A DNA stretch of 62,808 nt, counting the filler, from Choristocarpus tenellus KU-1152 (taxonomy: Eukaryota; Protista; Phaeophyceae), in assembly GCA_964200185.2 (NCBI GenBank). It is 8 parts of 8 records of this genome, joined end to end, with 100 filler letters (N's around TTAATTAATTAA, not from the genome) between each part and the next. Parts side by side here need not be neighbours in the genome. Positions count along the whole stretch, not along the records: positions 1 to 5,623 come from CAXNAD020010212.1; positions 5,724 to 20,437 come from CAXNAD020001130.1; 6 more parts are not named here. One strand, written 5' to 3'. The notes beneath the pieces are model-generated. The model made no database searches. It was given only the letters and a program-made list of their open reading frames with translations, and was not told the origin of the DNA. How positions within the stretch are numbered: the first letter of the stretch is position 1; every line of letters starts with the position of its first letter. The position numbers and the translations under genes were made by a program. This document shows, piece by piece, positions 1 to 13,500 of the stretch.

Positions 1-479
1 CCCCTCCCAGATACTTTGGGTCTTATCTTTGATTATCTTGTCAAGCAAATGGGTGCGTGTACATAGATCTATTGCATGTGTGTGTTGGGTTGGGTTGGGT
101 TGTGTAACACAATTGACAAACAGTCTGTATATGCTTGAGCGGCAAATGGTGTTACTGAATAGTAAGTATATGATAGTACCACAACAAGAATGGAATGCTC
201 GTCTGTGTCAGTGGCTGACACAAAATACCTATGCATGCTCCCCCTTGTGACGGCAGGAGTTACGTCATCTGAATAGAATATGTTTATACTAGTGAGAACC
301 AGCACGATGTCGATGCATGAGTACAGCATGGTGAGGATACACTGGTTTCCCTGACGTGGCATGGTGCCGCAATGTTGAGTCAGTGGTCATGGAGGTAGTG
401 CTGGCCTGCTGTTGACTCATAGACTTTACATTTCAATCAACATACTACGTAGGTATGATAACACATGAAGTCCAGCACG

Positions 480-1230
480 TGGTGTGAGTTGTCCGGGTCC
501 CACCCTCACCACATCTAACCTCCTATTTCTGGCAACTCACTTCAGAATCCAACTCACTTTTCTCTATATTTTTGTCTTCATAGTATTGAACTTTGTAGAC
601 ACGTCCATAATTGCTATTTCAGAAAGGTCTGAAACCAATTCTTCGAGCACAAAAGAGACAAATGAGAATAACGCATTTGTTGCTGGAGTATTCAGGACAC
701 TGTGACCCGAAATTGTGGGCAATAATAACCTTGACTACGATATATATCTTCATATCGCTTGCACAGGGAAAGGAGGAGGATGTGCAAAAATGCAGTAAGA
801 GTAGTAAGCTTCCAGATTAGGCACAGGGATCTGCAAGCATCCTCTATCTGCCCTGATAAGATTATCCATCGAAGTGGTATTGCTGCGAAATCTAAAAGGC
901 CTTCATCCCTTGGCTCGTTGATAGATATGCATCCAGATTGTCTTCCAATCCAATGCAGTGGTATCAGATCCACCATATCATACATGAAGCTTCTTCCAGT
1001 CGCTTTTAGTGTGCCTTTTCTTCTGCATGAATGGATCCGAGCATCTTGTGTGTGTCAATCAAGCCTCTCCTGCTTGCTCTCCTGGGCCCTGGCGTCTCAC
1101 ACCTGTTGATCCATTCCTTGTTCCTGTGATTTTTCTCCTTACGCGAATAGCAGTCTGTTTAAAAAATATACCTATTTTATACCACAAAAAATACCCTATT
1201 TTATACCACTTCGATACTTTATTTTTCAAG
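480..1230 (-). mobile_element. Possible hAT transposase remnant
   Basis: A broken frame contains SVLNTPATNALFS, resembling the hAT dimerisation motif LxIPATSxxxERxFS. A duplicated ATAC(C)CTATTTTATACCAC lies at 1168-1210. Confidence 0.3.
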
Positions 1231-3172
1231 AAGTTAGTTACATGGGTTAAGGGTATCAGTAACTTGAAATAGTATGGTTATTAAGGTGTAGGAGGGGGAA
1301 GTAGAAGTAGCATGGTAAGGGGCAGGTCGTAGAGATGCATGCACACTTCTAAGATTTAAAATACGCCAGGTCACCACCCTTCATACCTACGTGATATACG
1401 CGATTGTATAGGCCTTTCGTCATACTTACACCAAAATACGTCCAGGCTTGCGAGCAGCAGGCGTTTCTACACACACTTGAGTTTAACACACCATAATAAC
1501 AGAAAAAAAGGAGACTTTCTGCACGTCGGGAGGAGTTCTAAAGTATCCTACATGGGATACTCTCCATGCCAAACAACGAGACAAAAAGGCAGTAGGACTC
1601 AAACAACACACTAGCCCGAAAGATTAAAAACGCAAAACAGCTCTATAGAGCAGTCCTGGCACGTAGAGATATACAAACAGACAGGCAGACAGACAGATAG
1701 ATGAATTATTGTTTTTTTCTCATTATTTAACATCACACTACTAGTATATGTGTGGGATATCAGATCCATTGTTGAAAGAAGTAATAAAAGAAAGGTATCC
1801 AGACCGTTTTGCATTTGAAGTCTGTTTTTCAATCTTTCGCAATCCATCCATATTTCCGAGGATGAATTTCTAAGTTCGACTTGAGACCGTTTATTTCTCT
1901 ATTGCTTGAAACTTTGGCGACAAATTCAGAAAATATCCTATACACACATACATGAAAAAAAGGTCGAGTGTTGCACATATTTGTCAGCATCCTTAAAATG
2001 CAACTTAAACTGGGTACCTCTCGTCTACTTAGACTCAACGATAGTAGTCCAAAGCAGGCAATAAAATCTGCGTGAGGAAGGCAACAAGAACCAGGATAGA
2101 AAAAAAAAGGAAAAAACGCACAAAGTGTGAGATTCATCTTCCGAAGAAGGTAAACCTTGAAGGTGACCCCTAACTTGAAGAATCTGATAGTCATATATAT
2201 ATGACATTTGTTTTTCATGTTGAAAGTAACATCTGCTTGGAGAAAATAGTGGGTGGTTTGAGTGGACCTTGCAAACTACCCTCATTCACTTTCTACTTAT
2301 TCACTCTTTCTTGAGTGATGTTCTGAGGGACTGCTCTCCCTCTTGCCTTGTCTCTCTCCATTTTCTTGCCTCCTGTGCGTCTTCCCGCTCCCCTTCAGTC
2401 TGAAGAACCTGTAAGCAATCCAAGAACCACGAATGGGCAGGGTGTAGATAATACGTAGACATGCCAGGGCCACCAGAACATATTCCGAAGAGGAAAAAAA
2501 CAACAAAAATAGACGAAGTAGTAAGGGCTAGAAAATTTGGTAAGAATTGATGGGACCCAGAAGACAATAACCCCGTTGGACCTAATCCAAAGTTGATTCG
2601 TCCCTGGCGTGAACCTTTCACAGTGACTGCCAAGATTTCCCCTGTAGTTTACTGTGTTCGCAAACAAGGTGACATCAAAGATATTTCTCTTCACTTAGCC
2701 CACTCGAAACCTTACATTCTGAACACACAACCATCCCATCAACCTGATTTTATGAAACTCGATTAATTTTTTTTTGGTCGTACTTTGCCCCTACCAGATC
2801 TTGATGGCTTAGAATCCCTGGTAACCATTGGTCCTTATATTTTTGAAACCATTGTGGGACACATGTTTGTCCGTGGACCTCGTTCGCCTATGAACATAAA
2901 AGATAGTTTACGATTATGGCCGTGCTTCTGATGTATTCTATCGTCCACATGATTTGCCGCAATGTCCAGAAATGAATTCTGGATATTGGCAACAACGTTG
3001 TCTGGATATACCCAATTCCAACACTAAACCTTCAATTGTTACCAACTCTGATCCATGAAAAGGTTCCATACTTGATTGAACTTCATACTGGAGGTGATAT
3101 ATTAATAAATATATTGGTGTTGCGAATTATTATAGTTGTGTTTGATTCAATGATTTGTGGTTGTATTGTTCA

Positions 3173-3203
<31 letters not shown>

Positions 3204-3792
3204 TTAGACGGATGTTTGTTCTGGTCAATATCAGCTTATGGCAAGTTGATTTTTTTTTTAACATGTTCACCCATTTGTGTTCATTTTATTTTATTTGTAT
3301 TTTATCAGGAGCGCAACTGTTTTGTTGAATAGTTGTTTCAGTAATGGTGTATGGTCAAATCCATCCCAGTGTTTGTCCGTGGTTTAAAATTGACTTTCTT
3401 TTTCCAACTTTCTTTATTACTGATTGATTAGAACATCCATCTCATATGCTGTTGAATTTTTTATACGCAAGTATATAATGCTTGGTACTGAAACTAAACG
3501 ACTGTAATTTGATCACCATTTCTGTGCTCCCTATTATGAGAGTCTCCCATATTTTTTTCCCCTCCTCATTGGAGATGATGGTCCATGTTTTTGCATCTGT
3601 AACTCTTTGATGGAGTTAAAAACAATTTCATGCTAAGACTAGCTAGTCCTTTTCCATGCCCTTTTAATTTTCACGTTGAAGACTTGACCAGACGTGTTCA
3701 TATCTGATTAATCGAAGTCGTGATCTATCCATGATGTATGCGCTCATATTATGTTTTATTATCTCACCCCTGATCAAGGTGAAGCGGCACTG

Positions 3793-3946
3793 ATTGTCTC
3801 TCTTAATTGTCTCTCTTAATTGTCTCTCTTAATTGTCTCTCTTAATTGTCTCTCTTAATTGTCTCTCTTAATTGTCTCTCTTAATTGTCTCTCTTAATTG
3901 TCTCTCTTAATTGTCTCTCTTAATTGTATCTCTTAATTGTATCTCT
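3793..3946. repeat. 13-bp minisatellite (TTGTCTCTCTTAA)n, ~12 copies
   Basis: Read directly from the sequence. Confidence 0.95.
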
Positions 3947-5022
3947 TCCTTTTCTTGCCTCCTGTGCATCTTCGCGCTCCCCTTCGGTCTGACAAGAACC
4001 CTGTCAGCTTGTTTCTATCTGTTTCACAAAAGAAAATAAAAAATAAAAAAGGAAAGGAAAGGGAAAATAGAACCCTCAGGAGAAAAAACACCATCTCCCA
4101 AAGAACGTAAGGGGAATCGAAGAAAGAAAATGAACAAATATTACACGAAAAATGGAAAGCGGCATTGAGCAGACAGTGACAATGGTGCTGGTGGTGGTTT
4201 AGGCGACCTTACCTGCTGCTCTAGTATGACATACAACAGCGATGACAGTTTCCTCGGAATGTCATTTAGTCATGAAGCCTGTTGTTGTGCCGTTGGCCAC
4301 ACATGAGTACAACTCCAGTTGATTGGTAGCCCTGGTGCTCCAACCTCCAACTCCATTCTCAAACCAGTCGAGGTTGTCTTGGAGGCATATCCAAAGTGGA
4401 TGGATGGACACGAACTACCTGGTTTTGCACTGTACGTATGTGAAAGGTAAAATACACCTCAATAAATGTTGGGAAGGCTTATTGTTCTTCAGGATTATAT
4501 TTTGGAGCAAGAATGCTCGAGCACGCAGTCAGTAGTTGTAACGAGTAGGCAGACGGATAGATGGATGGACGGACAGGAATTACCTCTGCTCGCATAAGGA
4601 GATGCTTTGAAGTACTCTACACACAAAACATTGTTATTAGTACATATTGAAGAAGCAATTATGTACGTAGCGAGATAATGTGTGTAGAACGGTAGATTAG
4701 TATTGGGTCAGGACATCGAAATATCGAGGTGTTGAAGAAATATTTTAGGAAATATTTCTATCGGTAATCTACCGGAAATATCTACTCGTAATCTACCAAA
4801 ATTGTGTGAAAGCGTGATTATGGAGACTAACTAGGAACTACCCCCCCTACAGATAGGGCTCACTATTAGCTGTGACCTAATAAAGTACATTCTACATCAT
4901 CATCTCCTTCTTGGTGAGGCGGCATACTCTTTGGTAGTGGGCGAACAGGTTTGTCTTACATGGGACGTACGTGTGAGAGAGTCTGAAAGGTTGAAATGGA
5001 CTTACAACAACAGGAGAGATCT

Positions 5023-5199
5023 GACCCAAAGTATCTGGGGGGGGGGGTTACACCTGGGTGTTCATTTGGACCATAACCAGGAAACGTGCACCTACACTAT
5101 CCATCCGACGTATGCAAACAAATCACACAAAAATCGTGACATGAAAAAATTGACCCCAAATGGACAGGCATCACCTCCCCCCCCCAGATACTTGGAGCC
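5023..5199. mobile_element. MITE family B (~180 bp)
   Basis: TIR GACCCAAAGTATCTG(n)...C(n)AGATACTT; flanks TCT/TCT. Other fragments lie at 1-22 and 5404-~5570. Confidence 0.85.
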
Positions 5200-5623
5200 T
5201 CTGCACCTGCATATTATCGTATGAAAGGTTCGTATCATATTGTGTATATTTTTCTAGTGTGACAGACAGGTCCCATTTAGCGGTGATCTCACTCAGAATC
5301 GTTTCCATGCACACTCAAGAGTATTACCCGCACAATTCTTTGTCGTTGATGACACACAGACCACCACCAACCATTGGAGATATCTGAAGACCCTTGAGAG
5401 ATTGGCCCAAAGTATCTGGGAGGTGGTGGCGGCTGTCCATTTGGATTTTTTTTTTCATGTCGTGATTTTGGGGTGATTTGGTTGCTATGTCCGATGGATA
5501 ATGTAAATGTACTTTTCCTGATTTTTTAATCCAAATGGACACCCTGGTGTAGAAGCCACCCCCCCCCCAAAAATTATATTTCAGGTATATGGGATTAAGA
5601 AAAATAGTATAAATAAATATGTT

Positions 5624-5723
5624 NNNNNNNNNNNNNNNNNNNNNNNNNNNNNNNNNNNNNNNNNNNNTTAATTAATTAANNNNNNNNNNNNNNNNNNNNN
5701 NNNNNNNNNNNNNNNNNNNNNNN
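5624..5723. other. Artificial contig spacer (N-TTAATTAATTAA-N); repeated at 20438, 28662, 31814, 37235, 51749 and 59969
   Basis: Identical 100-nt blocks with a six-frame stop linker. Confidence 0.97.
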
Positions 5724-5908
5724 ATTTTGGCTGTTGTGTTTGTTACGAAGTGTCAATATCCTTGTTCCAGACCCACTTTCGCATAACATGTACATTTTAC
5801 CTATTCCGAAATATTTTGGAGTAAAAAATGTTGCAAAAACCCCAAGGGAAGTCAAGTACCAAATGGACAAACAGGGCAAAAGTCGTACCCTCTAAGATAC
5901 TGTCACTC
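5724..5908 (-). mobile_element. MITE family A, partial (cut by segment end)
   Basis: Matches the family A interior and ends TACCCTCTAAGATACTGTCACTC. Confidence 0.8.
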
Positions 5909-6512
5909 TGTATTGTCAGTACATTGTCTATATAAATTTACTAACTTGTGTTAGTTGAGGGGTATGCACAAGCTGGATCTACCCCTGGTCTTTGTGTGAT
6001 GCTGCTGCATTGTACCCTTTTTGCTATGGTGTGCCCTGTTGATGACTCTTTGTTTTGTAGATATTATTTGCTTTAGGCACTCAGTGCTGTTGGGTCTCTA
6101 CTAAATACTTTACTTTCACAATGAAACAAATTGTAGGGACTCCATCCTGTCTGTCTCCTGAACAACAGCGATTTGCCAAGGCATTTAGAGTGATGCAGCT
6201 GGAGCCTACACTCTTTGGGGTGCTGGTTGTACAGATATGCTGCAAATGAAATGAGACCTTACTACGTCTGCCCCCTGGTACATTGACCAAGGAGATGCAG
6301 CTTACTCAGGACCTCATGCAGCTACTCTACAACCAACAGACAACGGTGTGTTGAGGCAGGTGTGTCCACCTCATGTGTTACATCCTGTTTACATGCAGTA
6401 CTACCACCTACCAAACTAAGCGGTAAAAAAAAAATATTAAATGATCAAATAACACAATAGTCGAAACTCTATGGAAGTACAACACCTCAGTCTTAATGCA
6501 CTTTTGTAGGTA

Positions 6513-7555
6513 TCACACAGGTATGTTACTCAGTTCCAGGGCAGAGTGCTTCAGTAGACTCCTTTCCAGCAAGCACAATAGGCGAGGGTGCTCCTCAAAC
6601 ATCCTTGCAGCGACGCATCATATGCCAGAAATGAAGTGGAACAGGCTTTAGATAGGGTTGAGTTTGGATACTGCGTAGAGTTGAAAACAGTATTTCAAAC
6701 CTCAAAAAATCCTACTCATATATCTGGCAGGAAACAACACCACCATGAGGAGCATGGTATATGTGAGGACCTAGGTGGTGTAGATCATCCCTAACTATCA
6801 GCAGTTGGAGGACCCTATATGTAACACATGTATCACAGATTGATGTATCAGTGAGTAATCAACTATTTTCACTATATTTTTTGCCACATTGCTAGCACTA
6901 CTTGCTATTACGGTAGGGAAATATGTGGGACAACCATGTCACGTACTACAAGGGAGAGTAAACAAGATGTACCTAGGGTTGCATATTAAGGATGGCAATA
7001 AATTTGCAATATTCGGTTTCTTGTGCAAATGCGATAGGAACTTTCTGGAATCTGTTGATTTCTTCCCATAATGGAGAAATCAACACCCTTTAGTCAATCT
7101 ACCACTCATCAATAGAAGAAAAAAGTGTGAATCGCAAAATGAGAATGAAAGCATCTTAGAGGGTACGAGTTTTGCCCTGTTTGTCCGTTTGGGGCCGGCC
7201 TTCCCATGGGTTTCTTGTAACATTTTGCTACTCTGAAAATTTTTCGGAGTAGGTAAAATGTGTACATTATGAAAAGGTGTGTATGGAACAAGGATACTGA
7301 CACTTGCTAACAAACATGATCGCCAAAAATATATCAAAATGGCAACATTGGATTTTGGCCTCCAAATGGACGCGGCTCTACCCTCTACGATACTTTGACT
7401 CAAGAGATGAAAAAAATGACTTGAAATGGAAAACAGCGAAAACCTGGGTACCTCTCGTTTACTCTTGACTCTGTGTTGGTGATGAACAAGGACTGAAGGC
7501 AAGGAAGGAATGTTGAGGAACCCACACCCAACAGGCATACAAACCAACAAACTAA

Positions 7556-7592
<37 letters not shown>

Positions 7593-10500
7593 GCCAACAC
7601 TCTCACTGGTGAATGTACATATTACGCAAGGAGCTGTGGCTGCAATTGCAATGTTTGTTCGTGACTGCTCTAAGTAGAAGTCGGCATATCCAAATATTGC
7701 TCCGCGGCTTAATCGAACCTGCTCGTCAAAACACTCGTCACACAAACATGGGCTTGTCAAAAGGTGTATGGTATGGAGGAATGATGGATAATGGGTCAAA
7801 GTATCTGGGTGGGGGGGGGTGGTTTGTGAGGGGGCGATTGATCCGTTTCGGTCAAACAACTCTTTTTTTTTTTTGCTGACATTTCAAATCCGACATGTGC
7901 GACCAAATCACACCAAAAAAAGTGAAAATCGAAAAAAGGTTGAAAAACGGACGCCGACATCCCCCCCCCAGATACTTTGACCCAATGTGTGTAAGAAGAG
8001 AGAGGCACAGAGCTTTATGTTATAATTGGGAAGGTGGAATTCAGGTATTGGGCAGTCTGAGTATGGAGTGAGAGTCAAGGACTGAGCTAAGATACAGTTT
8101 GATAGGGGAGGGGATATGGGGTGGCATTTTGAACTCTGGCAATGTATATATTGCATCAACAAACTGTTCTCTACCCTTTGGAAATAATGCCATAGAAATA
8201 ATGATGCCAAGCAGGTGATAGATTTGACTACATTGCAGCTGGATGGCAGGTTAGAGGTAGGTCGTTGCACAATAGGAGTAGCACGAATCTTTGGATGATC
8301 ATAGCTACCTTCCTGCCCTCCACTGACCAGATCTGCTGGGTACTTGACATCATAATTCGATCAGTGTTGTGAGAGATGCAAGCTGCATAATGTGTTGGAA
8401 ATGATGGTGTACATCAAATACTTGGTAACTGGGTTTATCCAGTGCTATCACCTTTCCATAAGCATCTAACCATATTGAGTTGTAGCTTTAAAGAGGAGGA
8501 TATCCCAAACAGAGTGAAAGTATCTTAGAGGGTACAAGTTTTGCCCTATTTGTCCATTCAGGGGTTGGCTTCCCACAAGTTTTTTTATGAAATTTTCCTA
8601 CTCCAAAATGTTACGCAGTAGGCAAAATGTTACATTATGAAAAGGTGTGTCTGGAACAAGGATATTGACACTTGACTCAAAGTATCTGGGGGGGGGATGG
8701 CGGCTGTCCATTTGGGACCATTTTTTTCATGTCTCGAGTTTTGGGTGATTTGGTTGCATACGTCGGATGGATAATGAAAGTGCACTTTTCCTGGTTTTGG
8801 TCCAAAAGGAAACTCTGGTGTAGACCCCTCCCCCCCTCCAGATACTTTGGGTCACTTCCTAACAAACATAACAACCAAATCACATCAAAATCGCAACATT
8901 GGATTTTGGTCCCCAAATGAACGCGGCCCTACCCTAACTCTAAGATACTTTGACTCACAATATATATGTATATAAACATCGACTTGGAGTAAGCTTGCAA
9001 GACACCTACTTCATTTGAAGGCTTTAGAGCACATTTTTTTCCCTTTAGCTCATGATGAAACGATTTTTTCGAAATTGTTCACCAGGTTTGAAACGATGTT
9101 TTCGGGTATTGCAACCCTACTGTCCTCCTTGGCTACAGTGAACAACACAGTTTCATACACCGTCTTAATCAACTAAGACCAAAATGTCCTTCCTTATTGC
9201 CACCTTGTTGAGATACAAAAAAAAGAGCAAAAAGAGCCTTACGTAAGCAGTTCTCACCAACAAATCAGACCATAAATATACTTCAAAATTTCTCCACCTT
9301 TCTAATACTCAGCAATACCCTTTAGTCATTGGGGATGAAAGCTGCAGTTACAGTCTGAGGATGCTCAAAAATAGAATGGTCTCTCTCAAGTTGAAAAAAA
9401 AAAAATGACCACAACATAATAGAAGTATATGATTCACACACACGGGTGAGTGAAAGCATCTTAGAGGGTGCGGGTTTTGCCCTGTTTATCGATTTGGGGC
9501 TTATCTACCCACGTTTTTTTTGTGTCATTTTCCTACTCTGAAATGTTTCAGAGTAGGTAAAATGTATACCTTATGAAAATGTATGTTCGGAACAAGGATA
9601 TTGACACTTCCTAACAAACGCATGAACCAAAATTACATCAAAATCGCAACATTGGATTATGGCCACCAAATGGGCGCGGCTTTACCCTCTAAGATACTTT
9701 GACTCAGCAAAAAAAATGATATAGTGCATCACTTTGACCTCTGAATATTCAAGTAGGGTCACACGGCAGCATCCCCTACACCCTTATCTTTGAATCACTC
9801 TTGGAATAAGAAAAAACCCCCCAACATGGTGCAATATTATGCCACCAAGGATTTCGGAGGTACAAGATCAGGAAGGCTCCCAAAAATATATTCTTGCCTG
9901 GCCACCTGCCCGGAGGGTACTTTTGGAGTGTCTGAGTAACTGCCACTCAGGTGAAAGCGATCGCGATGAGGTCCTCACTTCGGTTTCCCTTCTCCTTGGA
10001 CGATCAGGTGTTCCTACAACAATGCCAAGTCTAGACTCTGATAGTGTCAAAGGCGATGGTGCCGCCTCAAACGCATGTTCTTTCTTCGCCTTTGATTTCT
10101 CAACCTCTGTCTGAGATGCTTGCCTGCCCGCATCAAGTTTCTCCGTTCTGCACAGGCTAGGCGATTTCATTGTGGCCATCTCCAACAACACCTGATTTGT
10201 TTGGAACCAGCGAATGGTTGAGCAGAGATGAAGTGGAGATGGGGGGAAATGGAGGTGGATACATGCCAAGTTTATGAAATTAGATGGGTGGGTGGGTATG
10301 AGGAGACAAGGAAATGGTGGGATCCATCCGTCATTGCACATGTCCTTAAGTGAATGAGAGAGGTAGGTGATGATGATGGTTCCAAGTCTTTTCCTGTGAT
10401 TGTCCTCGTTCAAGCGTTTGAAGAGCATTGTGCAGTCTGGGTCAAAATGTGAAACACAATGGATGTTCTAGAATATTTCCCTCCCACAGCGGCAAACGAT

Positions 10501-13500
10501 ACAGACAGCCACTACAGAAATTGAGGGAATGGGCAGATGTGACACTATCCCTCGTTGCACTTGTACTCTGTATGGGTGGGACACCGGTGCAGACAAGGAG
10601 AGCTTTCATGTCCTTACGTGCCTGTCCATCAAGAACAATATAGAAGGCCATTGCAGGGTCTCCAATGAAGTAAATGACTTCCTCAACAGCTATCTCGTCT
10701 GCAGAGCAGTACCTAGATGAAGACATGATAATGGACAGGGATAAATTCACATTCAATAGTGAAATCGTTTGGAGATCTGAGGGAAGGGGTTAGGAATGGT
10801 AGGGTTCACACCGATGAGTGAAAATATCTTAGAGGGTACGAGTTTTGCCCTGTTTGTCCATTTGGGGCTTGGCTTCCCATAGGTTCTTTTAGGACATTTT
10901 TCCTACTCAAAAATGTTTAGGAGCAGGTAAATTGTACATGTTATGAAAACTTGTCTGGAACAAGGATATTGACACTTCCTAACAAACACGATAGTCGAAA
11001 TTACATCAAAATCGCAACATTAGATTTTAGCCCCCATATGGACGCGGCTCTACCCTCTAAGATACTTTGGCTCCGATGTGGATGATGGGGTAAAGCGAGG
11101 CTTGTGAGCAACTCAAAGTTTAAGGGGAACCCCCAAACCAAGAAAAAAAATACTACCCTGTTTTGAAGTGCAGCACGAGCAAGGGCAATGAATCAGGGTT
11201 CTCCTTCCCAGCATAGGTACGTTCAATTCATTAGCAACAACATGAAAAAAAAGACAACGCGAAAAGGAAGGATTGGTGGGTAGAACATGTACCTTACATA
11301 CACAAGGTCAACTTCAGTCTCCACACTGTCCCTAAAATACCACAATGCAACAAGCACCTCACAGCAAGTACAGCACCTATGGATGTTGACCAAGATCTCT
11401 TCATTCGGGTGGGTCAGCTCTAATGTCTCCCGAATGATGTTGACAACAGATCCACCTTGCATCTCTCCCTGGCTTGATGCCCTGACCACACTGTCGTGGG
11501 AACCATTACCACAGATGCCATCTATCTCTTTTCGTCCACCTTTGCCGTCAGTGTCCCTGCACATGTCCCTATTTTGGGTGCCCTGCCTCCTTGCAATCCA
11601 AATGTCACTACCTACACTACTGCCAACACCATTGCTGCCATGTCGCTGGCCTGTGACTGCCTTGAGGAGCTGCGTCTCCGCCCATTCCAGCGCCTCATAG
11701 AGGGTGCTGAAAACTTGTACATTTCTTGCTACAGTTGCCCTATGGGCTCTGTGAAGAGTGTTAAGAGGGCTGACAGTAAGAGCTAAGAACAAATTATGGG
11801 GGTACAGACACATAAATGATGGAACAAATGCAAGTGATGTTGGAATAACACCCCTTCAGAGTTGAACCAAATGCTCATACACAACCTACACTGCAGGAGG
11901 TATTTGTGAGTTCAGCCAATGGCACTATGGTCGTCAGGCACCCTTGTGCAACCTTCCTAGAAGAGACAGGCTAGAATCACCCACTGCAGTATCAACGACT
12001 GATGCTCCAGACCACTCCAAGAACGACATTTCAAATCAAGATTTGCGTAGTACACTCCTACTGTGCTACAGGTGGGAACAAAAAGGGTATGCTGCACTCA
12101 ACAACACTCAACAACGTTCCGTTGTGATAGTTGTGTTAGGTGTGTTAGGTGTGTTAGGTGTCAAGTGCACGCAACTCCCTTTACCTCCCCTACTCCCTGT
12201 CTCGACCTATCTCACTCACCGAAGGAGGTCCTCCATCTCTGGGGCCAGCCCAGAATAGACTATCCCAATGCCCCTAGACTCACACATTCGCTGTAGGGGG
12301 AAGAAGCAGGCGTTTGCAGCACTGGCATCGATCTTGTGAGTCAAGGTTAAGGGAAATTGGTGTAATAGTGTGAGGCAGAGCAATAGGGAGGGGGGGTGAG
12401 AGGTTCCATGATGGCAAGTTTGGCAAATGTTGAGTTAGTAATGCAACTGAACAGTGACCACAACTCTGACAGAGAATAAATTGAGGAGAGGGTATAGTGG
12501 GTACTGAGTGCAAGCAGATGTACAACCTTGTGGGGGAGAGGGCTGATTGGGGGCGGGTGTGGGAAGGGGGACTCAGATGATGTTAAGGGGAATGCAAAAA
12601 ATTAGTAGAACATAAAGGGCAGTTCACCACGTGAGAGAATTTGGCAACAACAGTCCAATGTATTTTTGCTTCCTCCTACTTTGTGATCCCTTGTCATGTC
12701 CCCCCTGCAATGCTCACCAGATCCTTCAACTACTCTACGACCAGTTCAAACAAAAACACCATGGGCACCCTCACACCTCAGCAGACCTCATCTCGCTTTG
12801 AGACCCTGAACCCCCACCTTAGTCACCATGGAGCAGTCCAAGACGATCCAGCTGGGGATCACAGAGAACCCCTCACTTCTTCCAACATCCCTACAAACTC
12901 TCAATCTTTCGCCTACAATGCTGTCCTCCCGATACCTTTGCCTATCCCCTCCCGTCTCTGCTCCCACCTTACCATGTACAGCCCCTGCTTCTACTGCTCC
13001 ATATTCACGGCCAAACTGAGAGTGTGGTAACATGAAGAGGGCGCTGCGCTGATTCACCTCTACACCCTCAAAATGATCAAAAATACCCTTGTTCTTGTCA
13101 TGAGACACAGTGGTGACAGAAGGTGAATAACATGGAGGCATGCTATTGAGAGATGGAGACAGAATTGTGGTACTGATGGATGCGACCTTCCCAATACCTG
13201 GCCTTGGGTTAGACACGTGTATGACAGTCAAGAGAACAAGGAGAGGGCAATGAGGGTACACAGGAAGCGTCAGAAGGGACCACAGGGATGAGCGCACACA
13301 GGAATGATGGTGAGGAATGGGAAAGGCTAGGCAGAGGGGAGGGGACAGAGAGAATGAGGGATAGGAGAAGGGAAGATTATCACTCCGACCTTTGATGTGG
13401 CATATTGGTGAAAAAGAGTACTTCACAAATCTCAATGACAGTGGATGATGGAAAATCTATGAGACCAGAAAAGACATGACCAAATGGGTTCTGATACAAC

